Position numbers and translations under genes: made by a program
In this document: piece by piece, positions 16,316 to 35,023 of the stretch
Layout of the letters: each line of letters begins with the position of its first letter
Numbering within the stretch: position 1 is the stretch's first letter
Assembly (NCBI GenBank): GCA_023515725.1
Contig: JALDTO010000142.1
Coordinates: 248,001-312,000, forward strand
Source of the DNA: Amoeboaphelidium protococcarum X5
Lineage: Eukaryota > Fungi > Aphelidiomycota
Reading direction: 5' to 3'
Length of the DNA stretch: 64,000 nucleotides
The notes under the pieces: model-generated
The model's input: the letters and a program-made list of their open reading frames with translations, nothing else
Databases searched by the model: none
What the model was told of the DNA's origin: nothing

Positions 16316-17524
16316 ATGAGCGATTAGGAATCCAGGTCGGCGAATATCTCAATGGAGGATCTGAATGACAACCAAGAGTTGTCGAATGCGTATCCGAATG
16401 CAGAAAGTGTCAGTGTAAACGGTGAAATTGATAGTAGTGCAAGTCAGACGTTAGAAGATAATGAAGTTTAATAATAATAATAATAATAGTAACCATAGTA
16501 GCCCAAGAAGAGAGGACGAAAAAGGAAATTAAGACCGGAAAGTTTGGAATAGTCTTCGTCTCAGCCTGCCATAGATTTACTACAAGCATCGATAGCAGCG
16601 TAAAAGTAACTTATACAATACAAGCCGATCCGTGCCGATCCCGTTATTTCGATACTTAATAGCTCCTTCCAATAGACTGAAGATGTTAATATAGATCACA
16701 ATGCAGTAGCTGAATCTATTTCACCTATTGATATAGAAGATTAATAGTATATCATTCGATTGCTCAATTAGAAACTACCTCAAGAGCAGAGATCGTCAGA
16801 TTTTAAACCCGCCCACAAGTCTGGAAGTGCTAGAACAGAAGGATATTATGTGTTGTCAAAGAGAAGGAAACTTTAGCTGAGTCAAGAAAGGCGGTAAGCT
16901 TCGTAATAGAATTTGGATGATGATAATGAAGTTAATGGGCAAGATCATTTGTAACAGTCAATGTAATAAGCTCCACTCTAACGACTTGCAACATCTAGAG
17001 ACACGCGATTGACTCACAGGAGATTTGCAGCCGGTTTGGAGGATGCGAAATAGACTACGAATTCAGAAGTGCTGTCTTTTAATAAACTCAAAGGTAGAAA
17101 GAAGCATCTCAAATTTTGTAAATCAGCGATACATGATTGGGGCTTATACGCTGAAGAGCGAATTGAGAAGGGAGAGATGATCATTGAGTACATTGGAGAG
17201 ATTGTGAGGTAGAAAATCGCTGATATGCGCGAGAAAGAGTACGAAAAGATTGGCATTGGGTCAAGCTATTTGTTCCGTATGGATGAAGATTAGATTGTGG
17301 ATGCGACTTTGTGCGGTAACTTGGCGCGTTTCATCAATCATTGCTGCGATCCCAACTGCATTGCCAAGATTATAAGCATCAATGGGGAGAAGAAAATAGT
17401 GATTTATGCCAAGGAGGATATTGAAGTTGGCCAAGAAATTACATACGACTATAAATTTCCAGTGGAAGATGACAAAATACCATGTCTATGCGGATCTCCC
17501 AATTGCAGGGGAACACTCAATTGA
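16316..17524 (+). CDS. SET1: Set1-family histone H3K4 methyltransferase (short: n-SET, SET and post-SET only)
   Basis: [12 protein letters not shown] (n-SET/Win motif), [44 protein letters not shown] and [13 protein letters not shown]. Confidence 0.88.
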
Positions 17525-17626
17525 TCGATTTGGACTCTTCCGACTGCTGACTGAATGATGATGGTACTTTACAATTTTCAATGTAAATTAACAATGTTGC
17601 AACACGTCTTTTCAATTCGAAATCAT

Positions 17627-18271
17627 TCAAATAATATCCCATTGCTTCGACAGGAAAGTCAACACTATAACTACCATCGCGACTTGCAGACTTTACAGTA
17701 CAATTCGCCGCACGTTAACCTTCTTCTTTGAAACGCTGCCGAGGCGTGCCGATTAGTCGTTCTGTTGTTTCAGCACTTTTCTGCGTTAAAGTTCCGCCTT
17801 GTTCAATTCAACACTTTTCTTGAAACATTCTTCAGCCTTGTCGCTTTATTACAATCCTCTGTAGGCTACATTATATATACTGTAGTATTATGGATGACAA
17901 TATCATGGTCACTTGACTCGATTTACGCGTTAAAATTACCTCGGCCACACATATCGAACGCATTCGAGTGAAGAGTAACACATTTCTACATCTCATTTTC
18001 AAAAATCAAAATTATATATTTTAGTATTATACAGAGCATGATTTACCGGCATAATCTCGTCGGAGGTGCAATCTTCAAATTTCAATAAAGTTTAGGCATC
18101 TTTAACGACTGCATCATAATTGCATTCACCCAAGTACGCCATTGCACGAAGTAAATAAAAATTAGGAACATTGCTGTACTATTCAATGAGCTTTGAAGAT
18201 ATTTGGATTATACCGACATTATTCTATGCTTCCACGGCTTTGGCAATATCATCCAAAAGTGATTTGGTCAT
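17627..18271 (-). CDS. TPR-like protein with a C-terminal hydrophobic anchor (2 introns)
   Basis: NFYLLRAMAYLGECNYDAVVKDA and CGRAYRGLQQSDKAEECFKKSVEL resemble TPR helices. Two GTAA...TGTAG introns join the frames. Ends VAMVVIVLTFLSKQWDII-TGA. Confidence 0.6.
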
Positions 18272-18435
18272 GATTACTCTGGCTAAAACCCCAGATCGCC
18301 TAACTAATGTCACTCACAGCGTCAAGTCCACGTTAAAAATCTACTTAGGAAAGAAATTATTATCGAGAGACGATCTGTCTCCTTTCAGCAACGCGCGTGT
18401 CCTGACTGACCTTGAAGTGTGACGATAAAGGCGCG

Positions 18436-19077
18436 ATGTCTCAGACCTAGTAGAGACAGTAGAATAATGATTAATCTCAAAGTTCAGGCTAATAATAATC
18501 TTATGCGAATGATACAGTCGGCCATCTAATACAGTAGATCGATAGGTACCCCATCGTGCAAGAAGCTAAAGTTTACTATGTGCGCAATAGACACTTGATC
18601 AAGCCGTGGTCAGAGTTTATGGATCTTCAGCGAATGTCTCTACCTCAATCTTCTCAGGATGCCATTGATAGAATACAGTTCAATATTCGGTATTTCGCTC
18701 TCAATTACATTATAGTCACGCTGGGAGTTTTAATTTGGTTCCTTATTACTCGCATCGATTTGCTGTTGGTAATCGTCGCTGTGGCTCTCGTAGTATTCTG
18801 GATCAGTAATCATCCACAGGTGACATTTAAGCTGGGTGGTAACACGGTGAACATGAAGTAGAGGGAGCTGTACATTCTGACAACCATAATAGCTCTACCG
18901 CTTCTGTATTGGGCATCAGCGGGCTCTGTAATATTCTGGTTTGTGATTTTAAGTGCATCGCTCATGTTGGCTCACGCTGTTAATCTGGATAAAGCTCAAC
19001 TAGAAGATTCATCTGACACTGCCTCTAACGTGAACACCAGGAGAACTGTGAGCTAATCTAATGAAAGTAATGTATGA
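18436..19077 (+). CDS. YIP3: PRA1/Yip3 prenylated Rab acceptor
   Basis: IKPWSEFMD...RIQFNIRYFALNY and ...LMLAHA, with hydrophobic hairpins. Confidence 0.85.
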
Positions 19078-19176
19078 TTTCAACCTTACAACTCGTCAAT
19101 GTATTATCAATTGTATTTTCAATGTTCAAGTAAGTTCGCGCTCTCATATGTTCTCTCATAAAGTGTGAAGGTCACA

Positions 19177-20872
19177 TCACAATTTACACTCTTGCTTATA
19201 GTCTTTAGGGATAACTTGCTCCATACGGTCAAAAAATGCATCCAGCGTGCAGAGATCTTTATGTTTTGGATGATGCTTACCCTTGGCTTAGCAGAACGGC
19301 AACTATCTAATAACACCGTTGTATTTCGATCTGATGTACAGCGATGATGATGGCGACTTACTGCTCTGCTGTTATACCTAGGAAGTATCTTAAAGCAGTT
19401 CAAACGTGAGATTACTTGCAAAGGCTGGCCATCGATCGTCATCCAATTTCAACATTCCCAGCACCGGTCCAAGTGTACTATCATGACCAGAGTAGATGGC
19501 CATTTTGAGTTCATCCTGACCTAAGTTGTTACCATTCTTATTTGTACTACTAGACGTCAAATCTTAATCGCTATAATTCTTATCCTGATTACCATCAACA
19601 ACTTGCTTGATTCTCCACTCGAATACTTGCTTCATCTCGTTTATGAATCTTCCAATGCCCAGTCTAACAGCCTCATCATTGCTCTAATAGACACGGAACC
19701 AGAGATTATTGACATATTTTTCCAGTTGAAGCATATCAGCAGGTTCAACGTGGCTTGGTAACTTTATATTGTGCGCATACAGTGCAATCAAAGTATCCTG
19801 GATCATGTGCAGATTAGGCTTAGATGGAAGATCAACCAGCTGCTTGAATTTCTAATTGAGGCCAGCAACGAATTCTTTATTATTCTATTTCCACGTCTCT
19901 GAAAAATCCTTAACCATGCGGCGCCATTTCAAGCAGGTGGAGTCTCCGAATAGAGTCTCATCGCCATGGAATCTGGTGTACACAGTCGGGGATCCTCTTC
20001 TGTACTGACGCGGATAAATTCCACCAAGCAGATGCTGGACACTCTCCACAGTGCGCGGATAATCAGTACTCCTCACATACAAATGCTACTAGTGCCTACT
20101 TGAATCCCAGACGGGTGGGAGGAAGCGCAACTTATCAACGTATAACTGCCGTAAGGAGGTTCCCAGTCGGTAATGCGTCTCCCTACCCTTATCAGTCAAC
20201 TGGCCAAAGAAACAAGTACCAGGTGGGACTCTTACAGCATCACCGCTCTTCCCCAAGTGACCAGTGCGATGTAGACCAGCCTCGATGTGACCAGGTTCTT
20301 CGATACGCTTCTGAATGTGACCAACAGCATTCAAGTTATCGCGCGAAATATAAGACGGCATTTCGGAAGTAGCGGCAGAGTTACCTCCATCTTCAGTCAA
20401 GTGTGGCTCTTGAACCGTAGAACTGGTAGACCAGAATTCCCTATCTGGATACTCTTCAGATGGATGATATTGCGAGTGGCCGCCAGTTGGTGTATCTCCA
20501 GCGTCATTACCCCCATCATTAACAGCCACAGGAGCATTAGCCATCAAGCGCGATTAATATTCTTGCACATTCGCTGCCTACACTTGAACTATTTTATAAT
20601 CAATAATCATCAGTACTTGGTATGAATAACCTTACAAAGAAGGAGGATAAATGACATAGTGGCCAATGTTGGGGAACTAGTCCGGGAAGGTAATTGCCTA
20701 TGGGAGTGCGTTCGCCGTGTCTATGAACAAACTGCACTTGAAGTAATTTCAAGTATGGCGGATAATGTTTATTGACATATGCATCATCTGCGGATTCATG
20801 TACAATAACATTTACGTTCAGCTAATCCGCCGCTGTTGTAGACTATGTTGTATTCGAACTCTATTTCACCAT
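19177..20872 (-). CDS. Histidine acid phosphatase (ACP6-like; 1 intron)
   Basis: HRHGERTP catalytic motif, GQLTDKG, YVRSTDYPRTVES and IYSGHDSTL. Confidence 0.88.
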
Positions 20873-21089
20873 GTTCTGACACTTTTAGATGAAAGCGCGA
20901 CCAAGATAAAGAATGTCAGGAAGAGGATTGATCTACCAAGCTCTATTAAAATAGCAGCATTATGGTAAAAGTGAAATAATCAAGAAATGTGGATACTAAA
21001 AAATAATTCATTCGTCTCACGTATAGTTCATTCTCAACACACTCTTAGACTCACGTACACACTCATACTCATTCGCACATAGATAAATT

Positions 21090-26210
<5,121 letters not shown>

Positions 26211-26677
26211 ATCTCTCTCAAAGTTCTTACTATCACTGAAGAGTTGATTTGAGTAATGTAAGTTTAATTAAGTACAACAGTGTTGTTGTTATTACAGGCT
26301 TCTTCTCGCACAGACAGACAGAAAGAATGAATGAATGAACGGAAGTCAGACAGTCCGCGAGAGAAACGGTCAGACTCAACGAAAAGAAATGACGGAAGCG
26401 AGCAGAAACAGAAACACGCTGTGGAGACTAAACCTTAGAATAGGTATGGTCCGACGGCTGTATCCGTTAAGAGAGCTCTAGGAACGCCCACCTTTCATTG
26501 TCGCTGTGAAACGCGATATAAGATTAAGGTAAATGATATAAGTCGATACTCGTGTTTGTGATGATAAAGACAATTTAGTAAAAATCACCAAAACACTTTT
26601 ATAGCAAAGCAAAGCCATTCATAATTAAATAAATATGTAAGCAATTGTCATGATTATAAGCTCTATTAATGATAAAT

Positions 26678-27465
26678 TCATTCTAATTACTTGATAAAGA
26701 CCAATTTGTGGTGAAGTGGACCGTACGACGTTAGTGTCTATCCATCAAATTGTGCAAATTCCTGGGCATATAAACAATTGGAGCCTTGATCTGCAGTCAT
26801 TACAGCTTTATTAGACGCGTCGAATACCTCCATAGAGCCGTCTTCATACATCACTAATTCACCCAATTTACCATCCAACTCAATTTCAGGAGGAAACTTC
26901 AAGAATAGCAAAGACTCTTCACTAGATGATGCTCGTCCACTAAAGAAGTCATGCAACGAAGAATTGTCTGATTGAGACGTAATGTGCATATTCTCCACAC
27001 ATAATACTTCAGTATCAGATTGCTACTAATCACAATCACTATCATCGTCATTATCGTACCCTTTATTTGATACCTTGCAACCATTTCGTGAGGTGGTAGA
27101 GGATGATTATTAGTTGGAGGCCGAAGAATCTTTAAGCACCACGCGAGAAGATGTGGTCCTTGATGCAGCAGAAGCAGATGACCTTTTGAATCCCGTACCA
27201 CTGATACCTTGCGCGAATATTCCAGATACTTGTTGTTATTGCTAGTTCTCTGCAGCCGCTCGACTCCTCTATCGATTTTCTTGATTTCTCACTCTCGGCT
27301 ATCGCGCAGGTTTCTTGTCCTCTTCCACATTAATTTATTCCTCTCTACACGTAAGTAGGTCGATGAGATTATTTTTCAATACAGTCATGCATATCCTTAC
27401 TTTGCTTTTCTCTGCACCTTTTTCGGCTTGAACTGTCGCGTAGGTGGAGGTGGTTTATTTTCCAT
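26678..27465 (-). CDS. RPC53: RNA polymerase III subunit RPC4/Rpc53-like (1 intron)
   Basis: N-terminal FKPKKVQRK and C-terminal LFLKFP...GKLGELVMYEDGSM...GSNCLYAQE...GPLHHKLVF resemble the RPC4 domain. Confidence 0.65.
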
Positions 27466-27754
27466 CTGCAATAGTGTTTGATTCGCTTTTTCTTGATTGA
27501 GAAGAGATTTTGAGGGTGTAAGAAGGACGTGATTACGATCAAAATATATATCAAAGAGACCAAGCGGGCTGAAACATTTTACTACGCGCATAGAAAAAAC
27601 TTATAGAGTTGCTGCTACCATAATACAAATTTATGTATATTTTGGGAACAGCCGGTTTTAGGCCAAATGAATTAGTCAACAAGATAAGCAAGTTTTTGAT
27701 TTCGACTTGGGCCGGGACAAATCGCACGCGCTTGATTCGCAGCAAACATTTCAG

Positions 27755-28261
27755 GCAACTATGCACTACATAACAAAAAGATCATCAAAACTTCACAAAT
27801 TGGAATATAAAACTTAATCAAATGGTGGCAAAGTGTCCAAAAATACATTTTGACTCAGGTGCGACTCGAACGCACAACCTTCCGCTTCGTAGGCGGACGC
27901 GCTGCCAGTTACGCCACAGAGCTTTACGCGTTTAAATACGCGTTGAGATAGAAATTTTGTCGAGTAAGTGTATAGGTAACAAGGTAATAGCATGAATTTG
28001 CAAACTTTGACAGAGACACCTAATATTAGAGATATCTTAAAAGATCTCGTCGTCAGAAACGATAAAAGATATGGGTTTATAAGATGATACTCTTTAATCA
28101 CGATAAGTAGAAACCATCATGTTCGCAAGAGACGCGTACAATCCTGGAGGTACTTGACTATTCCAGATGTCATCTACCGCGCGGAGGAGCAATTTAAAAC
28201 AATGTCGATCATCATCATCAAAGTCCCGCCGAGTAGTTTAACGATACAGTGCTTGTTGGAC
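27755..28261. repeat. Left arm of the 507-bp inverted repeat
   Basis: Reverse complement of 32840-33346; 2 mismatches seen by eye. Confidence 0.95.
27851..27923 (-). tRNA. tRNA-Arg(ACG)-like gene, left copy
   Basis: Reverse complement of the copy at 33178-33250. Confidence 0.8.
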
Positions 28262-29099
28262 CGTCTTTTAACACTCAGTTAACTGAACTGCTACGGTAAA
28301 GGGAAAAGCCATATATTCTTGCCCACTTTATTTTCTTTGAGCAACAGCAAACTTCTGCAAAGATATGGACAGAAATTTCTTGCTAACAGATGTTTCAAAC
28401 CATGGAGTGTTAGGATCAACGGTTATCATGGTCAAGTCTTATACTTTATGTACCAAGTCTCATTAGCCTTTTCGTGTTGTCAGGAATGCCCTTCTCTAAT
28501 AAAGTAAGCATATCTTCGCCAGTCACTTCTTGAAACACGTACCTTGACTATTGCATATTGTATATTGACCGTCAGTAGTCTGTTGGATGGTAAAAGAGAA
28601 TGGAAAGCAAGACTATCATTCTACTCACGATGTGTTTCTAACCGCGTCCCGTCTGAAACGAAAATGTGAAACAAAGAAGCGTAAAATACGCACAATATTT
28701 TACGCTTGTTTTCTCGTGATTGGAGGATAATAGCTCTTATCTTTGTGTTACCGAAATATATTTGTTTTCAATCTTTCATTACTTCTGACGTATAATTGAA
28801 TAAAGTCTATTCGTATATGATTTTCAATTTTCATCTCGACGCGCCTCATTGCCATCTTCACGCGTTGCGCCTGTGACAATCCAGTAGGCTCAAGCTCATA
28901 AAGCAGACTTACAGTGGCCTAGCAGCGCGATTCGCAGACAATATTACTGCTAGTATACGCGGATCCTCGCTCCGGAGGTGCCGCGTAATGTTCTTTAACA
29001 CGCGGTCGATTTACTCACGGATCACTGCAAGTGTCTGATCAGTAAAGCTTTTTCCAAACCCAATGCGCAGCCATGCAGACTTCTGCTTCTACTGCAACA

Positions 29100-29905
29100 T
29101 CAGTTCAGAAGACACAGCCAACATCCTCGATATCTCCACGTCTGCATCATACCTTTTATGTTCCGGAATTTCTGCACGGCTAGAAACGACTTGGTGGCGT
29201 TATGATAATTCTGGTTTACCTCAAAGCAGAGCACACTAAAGGGAGAAGGGACCAGGAGATCCACCTGAGCTCTCTGGAGGTACTCCAGCGACAGACGTAT
29301 CACCACATTAGTACACTAGACTACGTTAAGTCGCTACCCCGAAAACTTGATCTAGCTCGGTAGCAGACTTGTTATAATTTAACGCGTATGCCTTTGAATG
29401 ACTACAGCTGCCGCTCCTCCTCGCTCAGCAAACCAACAGAGACAGGTAACACTCTGTTCCTTCCACAAGGCGCTTACCGGACGTGGTTGGCACAAGTTAT
29501 GCCACCAATAAGAGACTCGTTCGAACAGCCAGTAATCTCGCACCGGCCTTCCAAGCTCAGCTGCAAGTTTCCTCTACCAATTGAGAAGACTCCAGGAGTT
29601 CTATATTCTGCTTTGATGCAAGATCTACATCTTGGATTGGGGTGAGATCTTGCACCATTGCCTCTGTCCCTTGTATAAACGCCGAAGCATTCGGCGTTAA
29701 AACTTTCGACGCCAGCTGCGTCCTTGACAACCTCATTTATGTCAAAAGCGCATGGCAAGGAGGCAAGCTAGTGTCCTTGAACTTTCAAGTTCTGCAGACC
29801 TAGGCACACCTCTTGCTTCAAATTATCCAGATCACAAACCACTTGATTCCCAACTGCAATTGTGATTTGGGGGACGGAGACAGTCCAACACTACTCCGCA
29901 TCCAT
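29100..29905 (-). pseudogene. Degenerate Cys/His-rich ORF of unknown function
   Basis: LPCAFDINEVVKDAAGVESFNAECFGVYTRDRGNG...RCRSC...CEITGC...CANH. The frame closes at about 29300 and may continue shifted. A paralog lies at about 31.7-32.0 kb. Confidence 0.4.
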
Positions 29906-30170
29906 AGTCTATACACACCAAATATGTTCCCATATTGATAGACTATAAACGAGGCGTAGCAATCAGGATGCAGCCGTTCCGAGCACTCAGAGACGAGATG
30001 GACGCCATCCTTTTTTATCAGGTTATGATCAACTCAGATTAAAGATGGCGTAAGTTAAGTGGCGCAGTATCAACAATAAAATACATCACATAGCAATGTT
30101 GAGCAAATAGTGATCTTAACATGATTAAGGGACATATTGATATCATTTAACAGGTATATTTTTTATTCTA

Positions 30171-30554
30171 TCACTGTTCTTCAGCAACGGAGGAGGTCCA
30201 ACGACGAAAGTAAGCCATCTTGTCCTGCTTCTCGCAGATATCTTGCAAGAAGTTCCGAAACAAACCCGGGCTAACCAACCTTATATCTTCAATCGAAACT
30301 CTGCAAGATGTTGTATCAAGGGAGCATTTAGTTTTCAGTCTTTTTAAAGTGACTGATGCCACCGCTTGAACATCTTCCGCCGCCAGCCTTGTCAAATGGT
30401 CATGGAATTCGACCATCAACTCCTTGTAACACTTTATAGACTCCAGCTATATAACACTCAACTATGACATGAACCTCTTCAACAAGTCATAGTAAGTGCT
30501 ACAAGCCCACGCGCGTTCATATTCATGTATGTTGTCCACCTTACGCTTTGTCAT
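30171..30554 (-). CDS. Hypothetical protein of about 127 aa inside the inverted-repeat block
   Basis: MTKRKVDNIHEYERAW...WTSSVAEEQ-TGA; open only if two TAG codons are read as Gln. No recognisable family. Confidence 0.35.
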
Positions 30555-31679
30555 TTTAGTTTTAATCGTTAATTGTACAGTGGACTTTAAAGTGAATAAT
30601 GTTGACAATTGTGATCTAAATACAGAGTTGAAGTATAAAATGCTAGTCGCCAGAGACATCAGAATTGACGTGTTCCTCTGGTCAGTGTGAGAGTCATCAC
30701 ATCGTCGCACCTCTTCCGACTTCATCAAATAGGTATAGCTTAACTCGAGAAAGTCTTTACGGATTGAATCAAAGTGGAAACTCTTTGCAAGAATCCTCTG
30801 TAAAACAATTTATAACGTGACTGGAAAGCATTTATTATAGCTGTTAAGCACTCGCGTTCAACGAGTATCATTAGAAACTCTGTGGGGCTTTGATGATGAT
30901 CGGCATTGTTTTACATCACTCCTCCGTGCCGGCAGTTGACATCTGGATAGTCATATACCTCGAAGATTGTAGAAATATATCAATGAAGTGAAACAAAGAA
31001 ATATCACATGTATACGCCGTGTGGCTGATGTCTATCATGTAGCTGTTGGGTTTATCAAGTAAATGATGCGGTCGTGAGACCTTGTGGTATTTGAAGGTAG
31101 TGAGAAGAAGAAGAAGAATGTTTAGAAAGTCAGACGATGACTATACCAAGCGGTCGAACTTGGGTGTCCAATCAGTGTCGTCTTACTGTTACACGTATCG
31201 CTTGACTATTCAGCCACCATCAATATTGCAAACTCTAACAGTAGCCTGTAGCTGGAAACACTCGCATAAAAGACAAAATTGATCATGATCTTTTACTAAA
31301 TAGACTCTAAGTTTCTTCATTTTTCTTGATCGTATCCTACATATCATTCAAGAATCAAAAGTCGATGAGAGTGGTGTCTTGATCCTCGTGAAAAAAGCAC
31401 TCAACTTTTTTAGCTTCGGTTCAGGGGCAGACATTACGTTCTGGATATTACTTCCCACACAAAAGCCTTCGTAAATTGTCACAAGATGGACCTATAAACC
31501 CCATAAGCTACTTCTCCTCTTCGTCCATTGCAGCTGACTATACAGTACCAACTTTATTACGAGAGGTGGAGGTTTAGCGCAAATGAGCATCACAGGTAAT
31601 CCTTCCAGTTGAGGATTTCTTTCAGGTGGGATACCATGTGGTAAATCGATTATTGACGTTGTGTTGGCTGGCAGTAACC

Positions 31680-32031
31680 AGCAAACCTCAGTGCAACCAA
31701 TTACTTCACACTAACCTGCAATCACCTTCTGCAATCTCTTTCCACGTACCTCGATGGACCAGAATTCTTAATGGAGACAGCAGTGCATGAGAGGCATCTA
31801 GCATGAGCTTTTCCTGCCGGAGCCCTTATTCCGCTAATAAACATTAAAACTTTCTGCATTAAATATCTAATTTCCACGTTCATCAGCAATTAGCTTATTA
31901 GCGTCGTGGATGCATGGGAGATTTTCTAGAAAGTGCTCTTCAATTTTGATGCTTCTAGGTCTAATACAGCTCGGAGCTTTAAATTGAGTGATATCCACCA
32001 ATTTCTCCTTCTCAATGTTACCAGTCTTCAT
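31680..32031 (-). pseudogene. Frameshifted paralog of the Cys-rich ORF at 29.5-29.9 kb
   Basis: NLPCIHDANKLIADERGNQIFNAESFNVYQRNKGSG / frameshift / AHARCLSC...GQCEVIGC aligns by eye to LPCAFD...FNAECFGVYTRDRGNG...RCRSC...GRCEITGC. Confidence 0.55.
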
Positions 32032-32618
32032 TGGTTTTGACAAAAAGAAACATTGACCTTCATTTTCTTGATGACTTGAGACACATGGCCATCAGAAGTA
32101 GCCAGTAGCATTACAACAACTGATTACTCTAAAGATTCAGCCTCAAAGGACTAAAAAATTTTTTGCCAGCTATATTGACAGCCAACTAACTCTCAATCGC
32201 AAAAAACCAATTAGCCATGAATATCGCAAATCATTTATTTGGGTACCCAAAACCATTTTCAAAGATTAGAGACAAAGCTACCAAGGGAGCGTGCGTTTTT
32301 TCTATTACAATAGTTTTATTCATTAGAAATGCAGATGCCATTTTGTCTCAACCGATAGCTTTTGTATCTCACAAAACTCAATAACCAAAGATCACCCAAA
32401 TCAACTCAGTACGTCTCCCTCAAAATTCGTCTTGCTGCACTACATTTAAAAGTCAAAATAACAGCTACAACTGTAAAAATAAGCTATTCTTCTTCCGTAC
32501 AATTCTGATTACGAGCTTTCGATATCCAGAATTGAAAGAAGACGAAAGTAATCCGACTGGTTTGAATAGTCGTGATCGCGATCAGTTGTCGCAAAGTGGA
32601 ATCGTCGCGAAGTCCGAA

Positions 32619-32658
32619 TGAGTGAGAGTGAGAGAGAGAGACAGAGAGAGAGAGAGAG
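32619..32658. repeat. (GA)n-type microsatellite
   Basis: tgagtgagagtgagagagagagacagagagagagagagag. Confidence 0.8.
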
Positions 32659-32839
32659 CTAAATGTAGACGAAACACATTGAATTAGCCAGTGTTGTCAA
32701 GAAATGAGCGTAACAGTTTGAATATCCTATGATTAAAAGGTGCTCCAAAGTTCCTACTATAGAAAACTGTGACTATTTCTTTTACAGGCCTCCTTGGGAA
32801 TTCATGTTCCTCTGACGACGGTAATTTGGTAGTACCCGC

Positions 32840-33346
32840 GTCCAACAAGCACTGTATCGTTAAACTACTCGGCGGGACTTTGATGATGATGATCGACATT
32901 GTTTTAAATTGCTCCTCCGCGCGGTAGATGACATCTGGAATAGTCAAGTACCTCCAGGATTGTACGCGTCTCTTACGAACATGATGGTTTCCACTTATCG
33001 TGATTAAAGAGTATCATCTTATAAACCCATATCTTTTATCGTTTCTGACGACGAGATCTTTTAAGATATCTCTAATATTAGGTGTCTCTGTCAAAGTTTG
33101 CAAATTCATGCTATTACCTTGTTACCTATACACTTACTCGACAAAATTTCTATCTCAACGCGTATTTAAACGCGTAAAGCTCTGTGGCGTAACTGGCAGC
33201 GCGTCCGCCTACGAAGCGGAAGGTTGTGCGTTCGAGTCGCACCTGAGTCAAAATGTATTTTTGGACACTTTGCCACCATTTGATTAAGTTTTATATTCCA
33301 ATTTGTGAAGTTTTGATGATCTTTTTGTTATGTAGTGCATAGTTGC
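32840..33346. repeat. Right arm of the 507-bp inverted repeat
   Basis: Reverse complement of 27755-28261. Confidence 0.95.
33178..33250 (+). tRNA. tRNA-Arg(ACG)-like gene, right copy
   Basis: A box TGGCGTAACTGG; D stem GCGT/GCGC; anticodon arm TCCGC-CTACGAA-GCGGA; T arm GTGCG-TTCGAGT-CGCAC; TTTTT just downstream. The acceptor stem has A1:C72 and T6:T67 mismatches. Confidence 0.8.
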
Positions 33347-33724
33347 GTTCTTGATTGGGCATCCAATGCCTCTCGTTCATCAATTCTCACACTTTTCTCT
33401 CTTAATCGCGGTACTACTGATCCTTTTGATGTTGCATAAAAATTAACACGCCTCTATCAAATCACTGCACGGACGTTCTTATCTAAGCAGTGTACATTAA
33501 AGTAGTGGCTCATTAGAAGACTTATACTATCTGTGGAAAACGTATAGAACTTTAAACTTCAATTCCGCTTAACTCATCCTTCCTCAGATGTTTATTATTT
33601 TTTGAAAATGTTGTAATCAACACTATTAAAAAGCTATGTACTAGGCTGAGTATTCTTCTTCCGCAATAATATAAAATGAGAGAAAACTAAATGCATATGA
33701 ACAATAATATAAGTATCACAATAC

Positions 33725-35023
<1,299 letters not shown>

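Larger units (their letters stand above)
27755..33346. mobile_element. 5.6-kb block bounded by 507-bp inverted repeats, with degenerate internal ORFs; putative non-autonomous element
   Basis: Near-identical inverted ends and no housekeeping genes inside. Shares sequence with the Polinton-like element at 60328-60475. No transposase or TSD recognised. Confidence 0.5.

Noticed and set aside
33178-33250. Possible suppressor tRNA-Gln explaining the TAR reassignment
   Set aside because: The anticodon loop CT-ACG-AA specifies Arg, not UUA or CUA.
33000-33287. Duplicated 95-aa ORF (also at 27814-28101)
   Set aside because: It starts at GTG and runs through the tRNA gene; the duplication simply reflects the inverted repeat.
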